DNA from: Candidatus Saccharimonadota bacterium
Lineage (GTDB): Bacteria > Pseudomonadota > Alphaproteobacteria > CAJXXZ01 > 1604HC
Length of the DNA stretch: 32,000 bases
Assembly (NCBI RefSeq): GCF_008189525.1
Contig: NZ_CP043314.1
Span: 480,001 to 512,000 of the forward strand
Direction of reading: 5' to 3'
The translations under genes were made by a program, and so were the position numbers. Under the pieces are notes generated by a model that was not told the DNA's origin, searched no databases, and saw nothing but the letters and a program-made list of their open reading frames with translations. This document shows, piece after piece, positions 1 to 12,498 of this stretch. How positions within the stretch are numbered: position 1 is the first letter of the stretch; each line of letters opens with the position of its first letter.

Positions 1-2686
<2,686 letters not shown>

Positions 2687-2799
2687 AATTTTAAAATTGG
2701 CTTTATTGAATAATTTGTTTAAACTTTTTAAACGTAAAATTGAAAATAAAAAAGGATAACACGCCAGCTATTAAAGACAAATAGGATATAAAATCCTAG
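2687..2799 (-). other. 16S-23S internal transcribed spacer, ~113 bp, with no tRNA genes
   Basis: AT-rich sequence lies between the 16S 3' end (GGATCACCTCCTTTC, rc of ~2800-2814) and the 23S 5' end. It is too short and too AT-rich to hold a tRNA, and no cloverleaf is recognisable. Confidence 0.85.
2748..2776 (-). other. 3' arm of the 16S processing stem (RNase III-type helix), located in the ITS
   Basis: Plus-strand AAAAAAGGATAACACGCCAGCTATTAAAG is an inverted repeat of 4322-4349. In the minus-strand transcript the two arms pair over 28 positions: 23 Watson-Crick pairs, 4 G-U pairs and 1 mismatch, counted by hand. Confidence 0.65.
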
Positions 2800-4299
<1,500 letters not shown>

Positions 4300-4321
4300 A
4301 AAAATCCCAATTTCTTGGTTT

Positions 4322-4349
4322 CCTTAACAGCTAGCTTGCTATCCTTTTT
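4322..4349 (-). other. 5' arm of the 16S processing stem, in the rRNA leader
   Basis: Plus-strand CCTTAACAGCTAGCTTGCTATCCTTTTT has the rc AAAAAGGATAGCAAGCTAGCTGTTAAGG. This is complementary, allowing G-U pairs, to the ITS segment 2748-2776 and brackets the mature 16S. Confidence 0.65.
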
Positions 4350-4389
4350 CACTTTCAATCTTCTGGGGTCTTGCCCCAAACACAGATAC

Positions 4390-4418
4390 AATTTCTCACA
4401 CTCTTAACCTTTTGTCAA
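4390..4418 (-). promoter_or_regulatory. Candidate rRNA operon promoter (perfect -35, weak -10)
   Basis: The minus strand reads TTGACA (4418-4413), a 17-nt spacer, then GAAATT (4395-4390). This lies ~40 nt upstream of the processing-stem arm. It is the only perfect TTGACA in the 380-bp upstream region. The -10 matches only 3/6, so the call is tentative. Confidence 0.2.
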
Positions 4419-4629
4419 CACTTTTTTAATTTTTTTATCAAAAATATTCAACAACAAAGAAAAACAGCAAAAAACTTCAATATCACAACATATATATACA
4501 AGATAAAGCAAAATAGAATTAAAACAAAGCAAATAATATAACAACAACTCAAAAATGAACAAAATACAAAAACTTTTTACATGAAAGAAAAAAAATAACA
4601 ACTAAATAAAGCCCAGCAAAACCCTTAGG

Positions 4630-4658
4630 TTGCCAAAGAACCTCTTATATTCTATAAT
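4630..4658 (+). promoter_or_regulatory. Near-consensus sigma70-type promoter for rpsU
   Basis: TTGCCA (4630-4635), an exact 17-nt spacer, then TATAAT (4653-4658). It sits ~55 nt upstream of the rpsU start and is divergent from the rRNA operon. Confidence 0.5.
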
Positions 4659-4714
4659 TCATTAAAGTTAATTTTAGTGACATGAAATTACAAATAAAAA
4701 AAAGGAAGAGTATA

Positions 4715-4915
4715 ATGAGCATAATAGTACCAACACCAAATGGATTGCCTGAAGCATTAAAAAGACTTAGAAAAATACTGGCTACTGAGCAATATTACAC
4801 TGAATACAAAAAAAGAAGGCATTGGGAGCCAAAGTCAGTGAAGAAAGCAAAACAAAAAGCAGAAAAAGAAAAAAAGATCAAAAAGTTCAAAAGAAACCAA
4901 AGTCAAAGCTCTTGA
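4715..4915 (+). CDS. rpsU: 30S ribosomal protein S21
   Basis: The product is 66 aa and very basic. MSIIVPTPNGLPEALKRLRKILATEQYYTEYKKRRHWEPKSVKKAKQK fits the S21 pattern (V.V..n..v..ALr.lkk...r.g...e.kkr..yekPs.kr..k). An AGGAAG Shine-Dalgarno lies 6 nt upstream of the ATG at 4715. The ORF track starts at 4682, so 11 extra codons are possible but unlikely. Confidence 0.7.
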   Translation: MSIIVPTPNGLPEALKRLRKILATEQYYTEYKKRRHWEPKSVKKAKQKAEKEKKIKKFKRNQSQSS

Positions 4916-4928
4916 TATTCATATAAAC

Positions 4929-4984
4929 ATAGTGATTTTTAGAAATCACTATAAAATTGAAATGCCTGCTTAAATATTTCAATT
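4929..4984 (+). terminator. Two tandem hairpins immediately after the rpsU stop; possible terminator with no clean U-tract
   Basis: Hairpin 1 is ATAGTGATTT-ttag-AAATCACTAT (4929-4952), a perfect 10-bp stem. Hairpin 2 is AATTGAAAT-12 nt-ATTTCAATT (4955-4984), a 9-bp stem. Neither is followed by a T-run. Confidence 0.3.
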
Positions 4985-5125
4985 ATCCACTCACATCACC
5001 TCAATAAATCTCTCAAAAACATGGAAAGAACTTATTTATTTCAAGTTTTTGCACAAATCAACCAAAAAGACCTTTACATTAAGGACTTTGATTATTATTG
5101 TTTCTTTGGAGGAGTGTTCTCAAAA

Positions 5126-5440
5126 ATGAATAAAACAGAATTATGCAAAACAATAGGATCTAGCTTAAGAGAAAAAGCTTCAAAAGATCCTTCTTTTAGC
5201 TCTATGACTGACAGACAAGTAACTCAGGTAATGGAAGAGTTTATGGACACAATTTTATCAGAACTAAAAAATGGAAATGAAGTCTCAATAAGTAGCTTTG
5301 GAAAATTCTACCCGCTTAAAAAAGAAGCCAGAGAAGGAAGAAATCCTAAAACAGGAAAAACAATACAAATTCCTAAATCTATAGCTGCGAAATTTAAAGC
5401 TTTTCAAGCTTTTCTATCTGAGCTTAATGACAAAGACTAA
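5126..5440 (+). CDS. HU/IHF-family (DNABII) DNA-binding protein
   Basis: MNKTEL... followed by SFGKFYPLKKEAREGRNPKTGKTIQIPKSIAAKFKAF matches the HU arm motif (GFG.F......R.GRNP.TG..I.I.....v.FK.g). GGAGG lies 12 nt upstream of the ATG at 5126. The 35 codons upstream in the ORF track (from 5021) have no homology and are probably not translated. There is a ~15-aa insertion relative to E. coli HU. Confidence 0.85.
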   Translation: MNKTELCKTIGSSLREKASKDPSFSSMTDRQVTQVMEEFMDTILSELKNGNEVSISSFGKFYPLKKEAREGRNPKTGKTIQIPKSIAAKFKAFQAFLSELNDKD

Positions 5441-5559
5441 CCTTTAGAAAGTCGATTTCATACTCATTTGCTTTCATTTAGATAGAAAACACCAATGAAG
5501 TGAATAAAAAACTTGAAAGCATCTTTCAAACTTAGGCACTTTCATGATATTTTTGTAAA

Positions 5560-6111
5560 ATGATACTAAATGATTCACAAATAAAAGAATTATCTAAAAA
5601 TGGCATGATATCAAATTTCTCTGAGAAAAACGTATGCAAGGGAGTTATATCGTTTGGTCTTTCTTCGTTTGGTTATGATGCAAGATTATCAAATGATTAT
5701 AAGATATGCACAAACACCTATAGCACTATAATAGATCCAAAAAATTTCGACGAAAAAACATTTATACACCACTCTGGAGAAACATGTTTGATCCCACCTG
5801 GAGGGTTTGTACTTTGCATGACTATGGAAAAGTTTAAAATACCTAATGATGTTTTGGTAATTTGTGTAGGAAAATCTACATATGCTAGATGTGGATTGAT
5901 AGTAAACGTAACACCTCTAGAGCCAGGTTGGGAAGGATATGTCACCTTAGAGCTATCAAACACCTCCACAGTCCCTATAAAGGTATACTCTGGAGAGGGA
6001 ATATGTCAGTTCTTGTTTTTTAAAGGAGATAAGTGCTCAAATTCATATAAAGACAAATCTGGAAAATATATGCACCAGGAAGAAATCACTTTCCCAAAAA
6101 TCAAGAATTAA
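5560..6111 (+). CDS. dcd: dCTP deaminase
   Basis: 183 aa, collinear with Dcd. Shared blocks include [11 protein letters not shown]..., [56 protein letters not shown] and [10 protein letters not shown]. Confidence 0.9.
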   Translation: MILNDSQIKELSKNGMISNFSEKNVCKGVISFGLSSFGYDARLSNDYKICTNTYSTIIDPKNFDEKTFIHHSGETCLIPPGGFVLCMTMEKFKIPNDVLVICVGKSTYARCGLIVNVTPLEPGWEGYVTLELSNTSTVPIKVYSGEGICQFLFFKGDKCSNSYKDKSGKYMHQEEITFPKIKN

Positions 6112-6343
6112 TTTCAATTTAAACTTAGTTCAATAAACTGTGCAACAAGTTATTGTGAAATAATTTTCAGAACAAACAATAAGAATCATATATGCATGTT
6201 TAATGTAGTAATTAGATTGCTGGATCATATACAAACCTCCAAGACAATCAAAGAAACACCAAATCACATGAGAATTATAATATATAATCTAAACCTAATT
6301 AATCAAATCAGATCTTGAACAAAGATGACTCTCTAATATCTAA

Positions 6344-6371
6344 TAAAAAAAATAATCAAAAATTGATTATT
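6344..6371 (-). terminator. Weak AT-rich hairpin plus T-tract directly after the metG stop
   Basis: The minus strand reads AATAATCAA-ttt-TTGATTATT followed by TTTTTTT (rc of 6344-6371). The 9-bp stem is almost entirely A-T, so its stability is low. Confidence 0.3.
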
Positions 6372-8014
6372 TAATGCTTGCTAAAAATAGGAAATATCTT
6401 ATCTTTATTAAGATAATTTTCATTAAGAGGAAAAGTCCAGTTATTTAAATTAGAAACGTAAGAGTTCAAGTGAGAGCTTATATCTATATCAGAAACAGGC
6501 TGCTCTTCCAGCTCTTCATGATCCATAATGTTAATAGCCTTAACAATCTCAATCATTTTTTCTGGCATAATTGGCGCCCCTAAGATAGACATTCTTTTCA
6601 AGCACTCACACCCGACAGAAAGGATTTTTCTTTTTCTATCTGCGCTCTTTTTCCATGGAGACTGATCTTCTAAATATTTATTTGTTTCAAAGACAGCGCT
6701 TATAAAGCTATCCAAATAAGAATGTAAGCTTTGGTTGTCCATAAATTCAATAGATTTAATCAAAGCTTTATCCCATTCCTGCAAAATAGCCATATCTTTA
6801 TCATCATCAATAAAATCCAATTTAGGAACTCTACCGTACTCTTTTTCAGTAAACTTTAAAATTCTTTGCACCAGATTGCCAATAGAGTTAGCTAAATCTA
6901 AGTTAATTCTGTCTTCTAATTTTTTGTAAGAAAAGTCTCCATCATTACCAAAATTCATTTCTTTTAGCAGGAAATACCTAACTTCGTCAGCTCCATATTT
7001 ACTCATCAGATCAAATGGATCTACTACATTCCCTAAAGACTTGGACATTTTCTGCCCATCCACAGTCCACCAACCATGTGCGTATATTTTACTAGGCAAA
7101 GGAACTTTACAAGCTAGTAGCATCGCAGGCCAATATATAGCATGGAATTTCAAAATGTCTTTTCCTATAATGTGAATTGCATTTTCTATGGAAAAACAGT
7201 CTGTATCTTGCTTAGAGTTTATTCTATCCAAAGCAGTAATATAATTTACAAGAGCATCAACCCAAACATAAACCACATTCTGGTCATCTAACTTTATACC
7301 CCAACTAAAATTAGACCTAGACACACAAAGATCTGGCAAATCACTATTAATCATTCCCAAAACTTCTTTTCTTCTTTCTTCTGGGAAAATCATATTACTA
7401 TCAGAATAAATTTCTAACAATTTTTCTTTCCATTCTGAAAGCTTAAAGAAATATACCTCTTCTTCTAACCACTCAACATCAGAACCTGTTTCTATAGATT
7501 TTCCATCTTTTATTTCTGATTCTGAATAATAGCTTTCGTCTACAGTAGAGTACCAACCAGAATATGAGCCCTTATATATATTTCCACTATCAACCAATTT
7601 GTTCCAAAATTTTAGTACATTTTCCTTGTGATCCTTAGAGGTTGTTCTTACAAAACAATCTACCTTAACATTAGAACGATCTAACAAATCTAGAAACTTA
7701 CTTTGCATCTCATCCACATATTTTTGGGGCTCAAGATTTCTTTTCAGAGCTTCTCTCTCTACTTTTTGTCCATGTTCATCAGTCCCAGAAGAAAATGCAA
7801 CTTTAGAAAAAAGTTTATAAAACCTAGATAAAACATCACATGCAACCGATGTATATAAATGCCCTATATGTGGGTTTCCATTTACATAATATATAGGAGT
7901 AGTTATAAATCTCTTTTTTACTGAGTTTTTTATTTTTCCTGAAAGCAGTTTTTCAAAGTTTGCAGCATAATTTCTGTAGCTTGTTTTAATGACATCACCC
8001 CTTTTTTGTACCAT
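6371..8014 (-). CDS. metG: Methionyl-tRNA synthetase (short form, no C-terminal tRNA-binding appendix)
   Basis: HIGH motif [18 protein letters not shown] and KMSKS motif [14 protein letters not shown] are both present, and the ORF is collinear with MetRS. The ATG at 8014 overlaps the holB 3' end by 85 nt. No canonical start codon lies between the holB stop and the conserved core, so the start is uncertain. Confidence 0.93.
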   Translation of the reverse strand: MVQKRGDVIKTSYRNYAANFEKLLSGKIKNSVKKRFITTPIYYVNGNPHIGHLYTSVACDVLSRFYKLFSKVAFSSGTDEHGQKVEREALKRNLEPQKYVDEMQSKFLDLLDRSNVKVDCFVRTTSKDHKENVLKFWNKLVDSGNIYKGSYSGWYSTVDESYYSESEIKDGKSIETGSDVEWLEEEVYFFKLSEWKEKLLEIYSDSNMIFPEERRKEVLGMINSDLPDLCVSRSNFSWGIKLDDQNVVYVWVDALVNYITALDRINSKQDTDCFSIENAIHIIGKDILKFHAIYWPAMLLACKVPLPSKIYAHGWWTVDGQKMSKSLGNVVDPFDLMSKYGADEVRYFLLKEMNFGNDGDFSYKKLEDRINLDLANSIGNLVQRILKFTEKEYGRVPKLDFIDDDKDMAILQEWDKALIKSIEFMDNQSLHSYLDSFISAVFETNKYLEDQSPWKKSADRKRKILSVGCECLKRMSILGAPIMPEKMIEIVKAINIMDHEELEEQPVSDIDISSHLNSYVSNLNNWTFPLNENYLNKDKIFPIFSKH

Positions 8015-8658
8015 TTATAAGTCTTTTCGAAATTATCCCATACATTCAAGAGATAATAAATATAGTCTGCAGAATTCGACTTTTGATCACCAACAAATAA
8101 TTTTATTTTAGAATATATATACTCTTTAACCCATAAAAAAACACTATCTAACTTAACATCTATGCCTTCTTCAGATTCATTTAATTTTTGCTTCAAAAGT
8201 ATAAAATCTTTTTCCAAGATGCATTTAATAATTTCTGAATCTTTTAATATAGGTGTGTATGCATAAAAAGACAGACATCTAGACATAATAGTTGGAGGCA
8301 TCTTAGATGAAGAAGTAATTATAATCCTGTTAAATGGAAGCATATCTTCTAAAATTTTCAACAAAGATGAAAAATTCTTATCAGTCCATTTGTGAGCGCT
8401 CTGCAACACAAGAAGTTTAGTATTATCATACATTGGTGTTTTATTAAGGAAATTTTCTATTTCTCTGATAGATAAATCCTTATTACAAGAGCTGAACAGA
8501 AAATCTGCACAGTTATCCTTATAAATATAATTTGCAACTCTCTCTGACATTAAATTAAGCAAATCGACATTATTTCCGTAAACAAGAACCGGCATTTGTA
8601 TTTTTGTGTAATTTTCAATTAAGATATTCTCTATTTCTATTATTTTTTTGCTATTCAT
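7930..8658 (-). CDS. holB: DNA polymerase III delta' subunit (divergent)
   Basis: 242 aa in the conserved tmk-holB-metG context. It has the clamp-loader sensor motif [11 protein letters not shown] (consensus lpTI.SRCq) and the LLKILED box (LLKtLEEP-like). The P-loop region is degenerate, as is common for delta'. Confidence 0.7.
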   Translation of the reverse strand: MNSKKIIEIENILIENYTKIQMPVLVYGNNVDLLNLMSERVANYIYKDNCADFLFSSCNKDLSIREIENFLNKTPMYDNTKLLVLQSAHKWTDKNFSSLLKILEDMLPFNRIIITSSSKMPPTIMSRCLSFYAYTPILKDSEIIKCILEKDFILLKQKLNESEEGIDVKLDSVFLWVKEYIYSKIKLFVGDQKSNSADYIYYLLNVWDNFEKTYKWYKKGVMSLKQATEIMLQTLKNCFQEK

Positions 8659-8801
8659 TGGTTTATACTTAAATCCATTTTCCTACATCTATTATTTTTT
8701 TTAAATAGCATTTAAGGATTTACATTGAAATTTCTTTAAAATTCCTAAATCGAAACTCCTAAATCTAAATTTCTATATTGAAATCCCTAACGAGTTTTTT
8801 G

Positions 8802-8817
8802 ACTCTAATTAGAGTCT
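8802..8817. repeat. Perfect 16-bp palindrome GACTCTAATTAGAGTC in the tmk-holB intergenic region; function unknown
   Basis: Read directly from the sequence. The T-run is on the wrong side for an intrinsic terminator in either direction. It lies 144 nt upstream of the holB start. Confidence 0.5.
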
Positions 8818-8887
8818 CTAGCAAATTGCTTTTACTTCTTTATTGTCTTGTAGTAGAAAATTTATATTTGACAGCTTGTTCAAAACT

Positions 8888-9523
8888 CTATATATGTAAT
8901 TTTCTATTATATACTTTCAAAACATCTGCTCTTATCATTTCTTGTACAGAATCAAAATTGATATTCTCGTATTTAAATAACTTTTCAGAAGGAATGTTTT
9001 TAAAAACAGCTTCATAATTTCTATGCACTTTTTCAAAAAAATCAGAATCATTAGAATCAAACCTATCAGAGACATTATTAGAAATTAAATTACTATTTCT
9101 GTGGTTTTTTCCAGTCAACCAAAAGACCATATCATATTCTTGCATGCCAATTTCTGTAAGTATAATTGAGAATAATTCAGCAAGATTTTTATCTTCATTT
9201 ATCTGATAAGCCCACGTAGAATCTATGAAACGATCCATTATTACACATTTCCCATTATTCAAAGCAGGCTGTATAACTTTTCTATAATGCCAAGACCTAA
9301 GGGCATTTACTAATAAAAGTTCTTCTAAATTCGCAAGCTTTTTCTGCACAAATATTTGTTTTAGATCTTTTCCTATTTCGGGCTCAGAAAATTCACTAGT
9401 AACAATAACATCTAAACCTTCATTCATAAGAAAATCTTTTAATGAGTTGATATGACTTGTTTTACCAACTCCATCTATACCTTCGAAAACTATAAACAAT
9501 CCAAGCACCTTTTTAAATAACAA
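8888..9523 (-). CDS. tmk: Thymidylate kinase
   Basis: P-loop FIVFEGIDGVGKTS and a DRF.DST.AYQ-type block (MDRFIDSTWAYQ) are present. The ORF-track start at 9523 is a TTG. In-frame GTG (9508) or TTG (9499, preceded by AAGGTG) may be the real start. Confidence 0.9.
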   Translation of the reverse strand: MLFKKVLGLFIVFEGIDGVGKTSHINSLKDFLMNEGLDVIVTSEFSEPEIGKDLKQIFVQKKLANLEELLLVNALRSWHYRKVIQPALNNGKCVIMDRFIDSTWAYQINEDKNLAELFSIILTEIGMQEYDMVFWLTGKNHRNSNLISNNVSDRFDSNDSDFFEKVHRNYEAVFKNIPSEKLFKYENINFDSVQEMIRADVLKVYNRKLHI

Positions 9524-9620
9524 AATAACAAAAACCTAAACCTATTATACCCATAATCAAAAGAGGAATATAAATGCTACTTATAGCATATTTCTTTTAG
9601 AGTTTTTTACTATATAACTT

Positions 9621-10157
9621 CTATCTTACAAACCTATTTACTAATCCAAAAGGTAAAGTTCCTTTTTTTCTATAAGAAGGCCATTTACTTTTCAATTCTG
9701 CGCTTTCTTTTTCAAGGCACTTGATTTCAACGTTAGCAACTCCTTGTTTTTCAATTCCTAAAATTCTGGCAGCACCACGAGATAAATCTATTATTCTTCT
9801 GTCTCCCTTTTTTACAAAAGGCCCTCTATCAGTAGCTATTAAAACCACTTCTTTTTTTGTTCCTGGGATAGAAACTTTCACTATAGATGGCAAAGGAAGT
9901 CTAGGATGAGCGCACGTCATATCCCACTGATTAAAACACACTCCACTGGCAGTTTTTCTACCATGAAATTTATCTCCATAGAAAGATGCAATCCCTTTTT
10001 CTTTCAAAGAGTAATGCTTTTGTGGGGTTATTTTGAACGACCCTTGGGTGTTTTTAATTTTATAAGGCTTAGCAAATTCTCTGGGATGAGGGACTTCATT
10101 CCACTCCTTCACAGAACATCCAAATAAAAATAAAGCAAAGAACACTATATAATGCAT
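9621..10157 (-). CDS. rlpA: RlpA-like lipoprotein (DPBB domain only, no C-terminal SPOR domain)
   Basis: The signal peptide with lipobox is MHYIVFFALFLFGC. GIASFYGDKFHGRKTASGVCFNQWDMTCAHPRLPLPSIVKVSIPGTKKEVVLIATDRGPF...RIIDLSRGAARILG matches the RlpA double-psi beta-barrel consensus. Confidence 0.85.
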   Translation of the reverse strand: MHYIVFFALFLFGCSVKEWNEVPHPREFAKPYKIKNTQGSFKITPQKHYSLKEKGIASFYGDKFHGRKTASGVCFNQWDMTCAHPRLPLPSIVKVSIPGTKKEVVLIATDRGPFVKKGDRRIIDLSRGAARILGIEKQGVANVEIKCLEKESAELKSKWPSYRKKGTLPFGLVNRFVR

Positions 10158-10283
10158 ACATAATCATGATAAAACATATTTTTATATCTTGTAATATGGT
10201 TTTCACAAAGAGCATAATAAAACATAAGATTATTAAATATATTCCTAAGGAATTAAATATAATAACAAAAATTAAAGAAGAAA

Positions 10284-11534
10284 ATGAAATTAAGATTTTT
10301 AGTAACAAAAGACAAAATAACTTTAAGACAGTGGTTTAGAGAGCATTTCATAAATATGCAATTTGGAGATTTACAAAAAAATATAAGACTGAAAAACATA
10401 AGATTAACTAATAGGAAAACAACTCAAGACTCAATTCTTTCAAGAGAAGATTCAATAGAAATATGGGATCAAATAGTAAAGAAGCATAGGACAGGAAAAG
10501 ATGACCTAAAAACTACAGCAAACAACACAGTCATACACCAAAAAACAGAGCACATTATAAACAAGCCATCTCAACTTAAAAATACAAATTTAGATAAACT
10601 TATTATGTTCAAAAGCAAAGATTTTTGTGTAATAGACAAACCTTACGGAATTTGCACACAAGGACAAAATCCCTCTATATACTCAATATTAAAAGAAGCG
10701 CTTCCTGAGCATCCTTACATAGTTCATAGGCTAGATAAAAATACTACTGGCACTCTACTTGTAGGCTTAAACAGGGAGTTTGCAAATCATTGCAGAGAAA
10801 ACATATCAAGCTTTACAAAAAAATATATAACAATAATACCCACAGCATATTCTGACAATCAATTTTCGATACGAGAGAACACAGGACACAAAATAGATGT
10901 AGAGATAGAGCCAATTCACGCAAAATCAGGAAAATCTTCTAAACCTAATAAGCACATAACACCAAACCTGCATACTCTCTCTAACTTAGATATCAATAAG
11001 TACTATTTAATTAAATCAGACAATTCAGCATTACTGACTAAGATAAAAATAGTAAGGAAATTCACTGAGAAAACATATATTTCTAAAAAAAACCAACAAA
11101 ATGATAAAGGGGAATCTAATAAAAACAATAAATATACAAAAGATATAAAAGAAATTCACATAGCTATAGATTCACCATCCAACAGAAAGAATGGATTTAG
11201 CAAACATTTAGGCAAGCACTTTAATGCAGAATTTGCAGTATTAGAAATAGAACTTATAACAGGAAAAAAGCACCAAATCAGAAGACATCTATCTGCTTTA
11301 GGACATCCAGTATTAGGAGATTCAAAATATGGAAGTAAGTACAACTCTAAACTGGCACTTCATTGCACAGAGATTAACTTTTTCTCACCACAAAACAACG
11401 TAGAAAAATCACTTGAAAGTGTTAGTATAAATGAGACAAACTTAGATAAAGAAAAGCCTCTTTTGTTCAAATCTAAAATACCAAATCATATTGGAGTGTT
11501 TTTGGATAAAAATTATATTAAAAATTTTATTTAG
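10284..11534 (+). CDS. RluA-family (RluC/RluD-type) rRNA pseudouridine synthase with large low-complexity insertions
   Basis: It has an N-terminal S4-like region and the catalytic motif HRLDKNTTG (consensus HRLDkdTSG). The C-terminal block is LITGKKHQIRRHLSALGHPVLGDSKYG (consensus TGRtHQIR.H....GhPi.GD..YG). At 416 aa it exceeds the typical ~300-330 aa. Confidence 0.8.
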   Translation: MKLRFLVTKDKITLRQWFREHFINMQFGDLQKNIRLKNIRLTNRKTTQDSILSREDSIEIWDQIVKKHRTGKDDLKTTANNTVIHQKTEHIINKPSQLKNTNLDKLIMFKSKDFCVIDKPYGICTQGQNPSIYSILKEALPEHPYIVHRLDKNTTGTLLVGLNREFANHCRENISSFTKKYITIIPTAYSDNQFSIRENTGHKIDVEIEPIHAKSGKSSKPNKHITPNLHTLSNLDINKYYLIKSDNSALLTKIKIVRKFTEKTYISKKNQQNDKGESNKNNKYTKDIKEIHIAIDSPSNRKNGFSKHLGKHFNAEFAVLEIELITGKKHQIRRHLSALGHPVLGDSKYGSKYNSKLALHCTEINFFSPQNNVEKSLESVSINETNLDKEKPLLFKSKIPNHIGVFLDKNYIKNFI

Positions 11535-11618
11535 ATTTTCATTTATGGTTTAATTTTAAAATAGGCAATCTATATCATATTTGCATACAAGCTTTAAGAA
11601 TTAATAGGTCATTTTAAA

Positions 11619-12383
11619 TTAGTAGATCACTTCTATTAAAGACAACCCATTGGCTGGGGCTGTACATCCTGCTAAACGACGGTTCTTACTTGAGAAAATA
11701 TCATCAAATTCTTGTAAAGTTATTTTTCCTATACCTACTTGAACCACAGTACCAATCATTATCCTAACCTGATGATGCAAAAAAGAATTACCAACAAAAG
11801 TTATATCTATATCTTCTTTATTAACAAAACAATCTGCTTTATAAATCTCTTTAACAGGATTATGCGACTGACAAGAACTATCCCTAAAAGAACTAAAATC
11901 ATGCACTCCAATTAATCTAGCAAGAGATTCTTCTATTAACTCTGCACAAATAGGTTTCCTAATATGCCATGCTTTTGTTTTCATTACACTATAAGAAGGC
12001 CTACACAATAAAGAGTACTTGTATTCCTTTCTCTTTGCAGAAAATCTAGCATGAAATGATGAGTCAACCTCTTCCACTTCTGTAATCACAACGCCCTTAC
12101 CTATTAAATAAAAATTCATTCCTAGTTTTAGCTTTCTAAGACAAAAACTTTTGTTCATATTTAAATGAGCAACCTGCCCAAAAGCACTTACTCCTTTATC
12201 TGTTCTGCCAGCACCATAAAACACAACTCTTTCTTGGGTTAGCTTAAAAAAAGCATCAGAAAGTATAGACTGAACTGATATTTTTTCGGGCTGAGACTGC
12301 CAACCCACTTCAGAGCAATTTCCATCATACTCTATAACAAATTTAAATCTTTTGTCTTTTTCTAGAACCATTTTATTACTCAT
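11619..12383 (-). CDS. truA: tRNA pseudouridine(38-40) synthase TruA
   Basis: FKFVIEYDGNCSEVGWQSQ, the catalytic block GAGRTDKGVSAFGQVAH, FHARFSAK and HHQVRIMIG are all present and collinear with TruA. Confidence 0.9.
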   Translation of the reverse strand: MSNKMVLEKDKRFKFVIEYDGNCSEVGWQSQPEKISVQSILSDAFFKLTQERVVFYGAGRTDKGVSAFGQVAHLNMNKSFCLRKLKLGMNFYLIGKGVVITEVEEVDSSFHARFSAKRKEYKYSLLCRPSYSVMKTKAWHIRKPICAELIEESLARLIGVHDFSSFRDSSCQSHNPVKEIYKADCFVNKEDIDITFVGNSFLHHQVRIMIGTVVQVGIGKITLQEFDDIFSSKNRRLAGCTAPANGLSLIEVIY

Positions 12384-12498
12384 GTTTAATATATACTTTC
12401 TAAATTATACTTCTCTAATCACTTTTATATTAGCAAAACATCATAGGAACAATTCCCCTACGAATTTTGATTAGATCTAAAAATAAAAGAACCAATTC

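Noticed and set aside
4404-4601. 65-codon minus-strand ORF (MLFFFFHVKSFCILF...)
   Set aside because: It is a low-complexity translation of the A/C-skewed rRNA upstream spacer. It has no RBS, and the composition-driven Phe/Leu/Ile/Cys content is typical of spurious ORFs in AT-rich DNA.
4983-4991. DnaA-box-like TTATCCACT (8/9 match to TTATCCACA) upstream of the HU-like gene; possible oriC?
   Set aside because: It is a single copy. One-mismatch 9-mers are expected several times by chance in 64 kb of two-strand sequence. There is no cluster of boxes, no adjacent DUE-type repeats and no dnaA or hemE context.
5021-5125. 35 extra N-terminal codons on the HU-like ORF
   Set aside because: Homology to HU begins exactly at MNKTEL (5126), which has a GGAGG upstream. 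The upstream part has no HU similarity.
8700-8800. Short direct repeats (ATTGAAAT x2, TCCT(T)AAATC x2); CRISPR, iteron or mobile-element end?
   Set aside because: The repeats are only 8-10 nt, imperfect, irregularly spaced and made of common AT-rich words. There is no array structure and no flanking transposase or cas genes.
10241-10253. 13-bp palindrome ATTCCTAAGGAAT 30 nt upstream of the pseudouridine synthase start
   Set aside because: It is short and AT-rich. Palindromes of this size are expected by chance in AT-rich intergenic DNA, and I found no second copy in the window.
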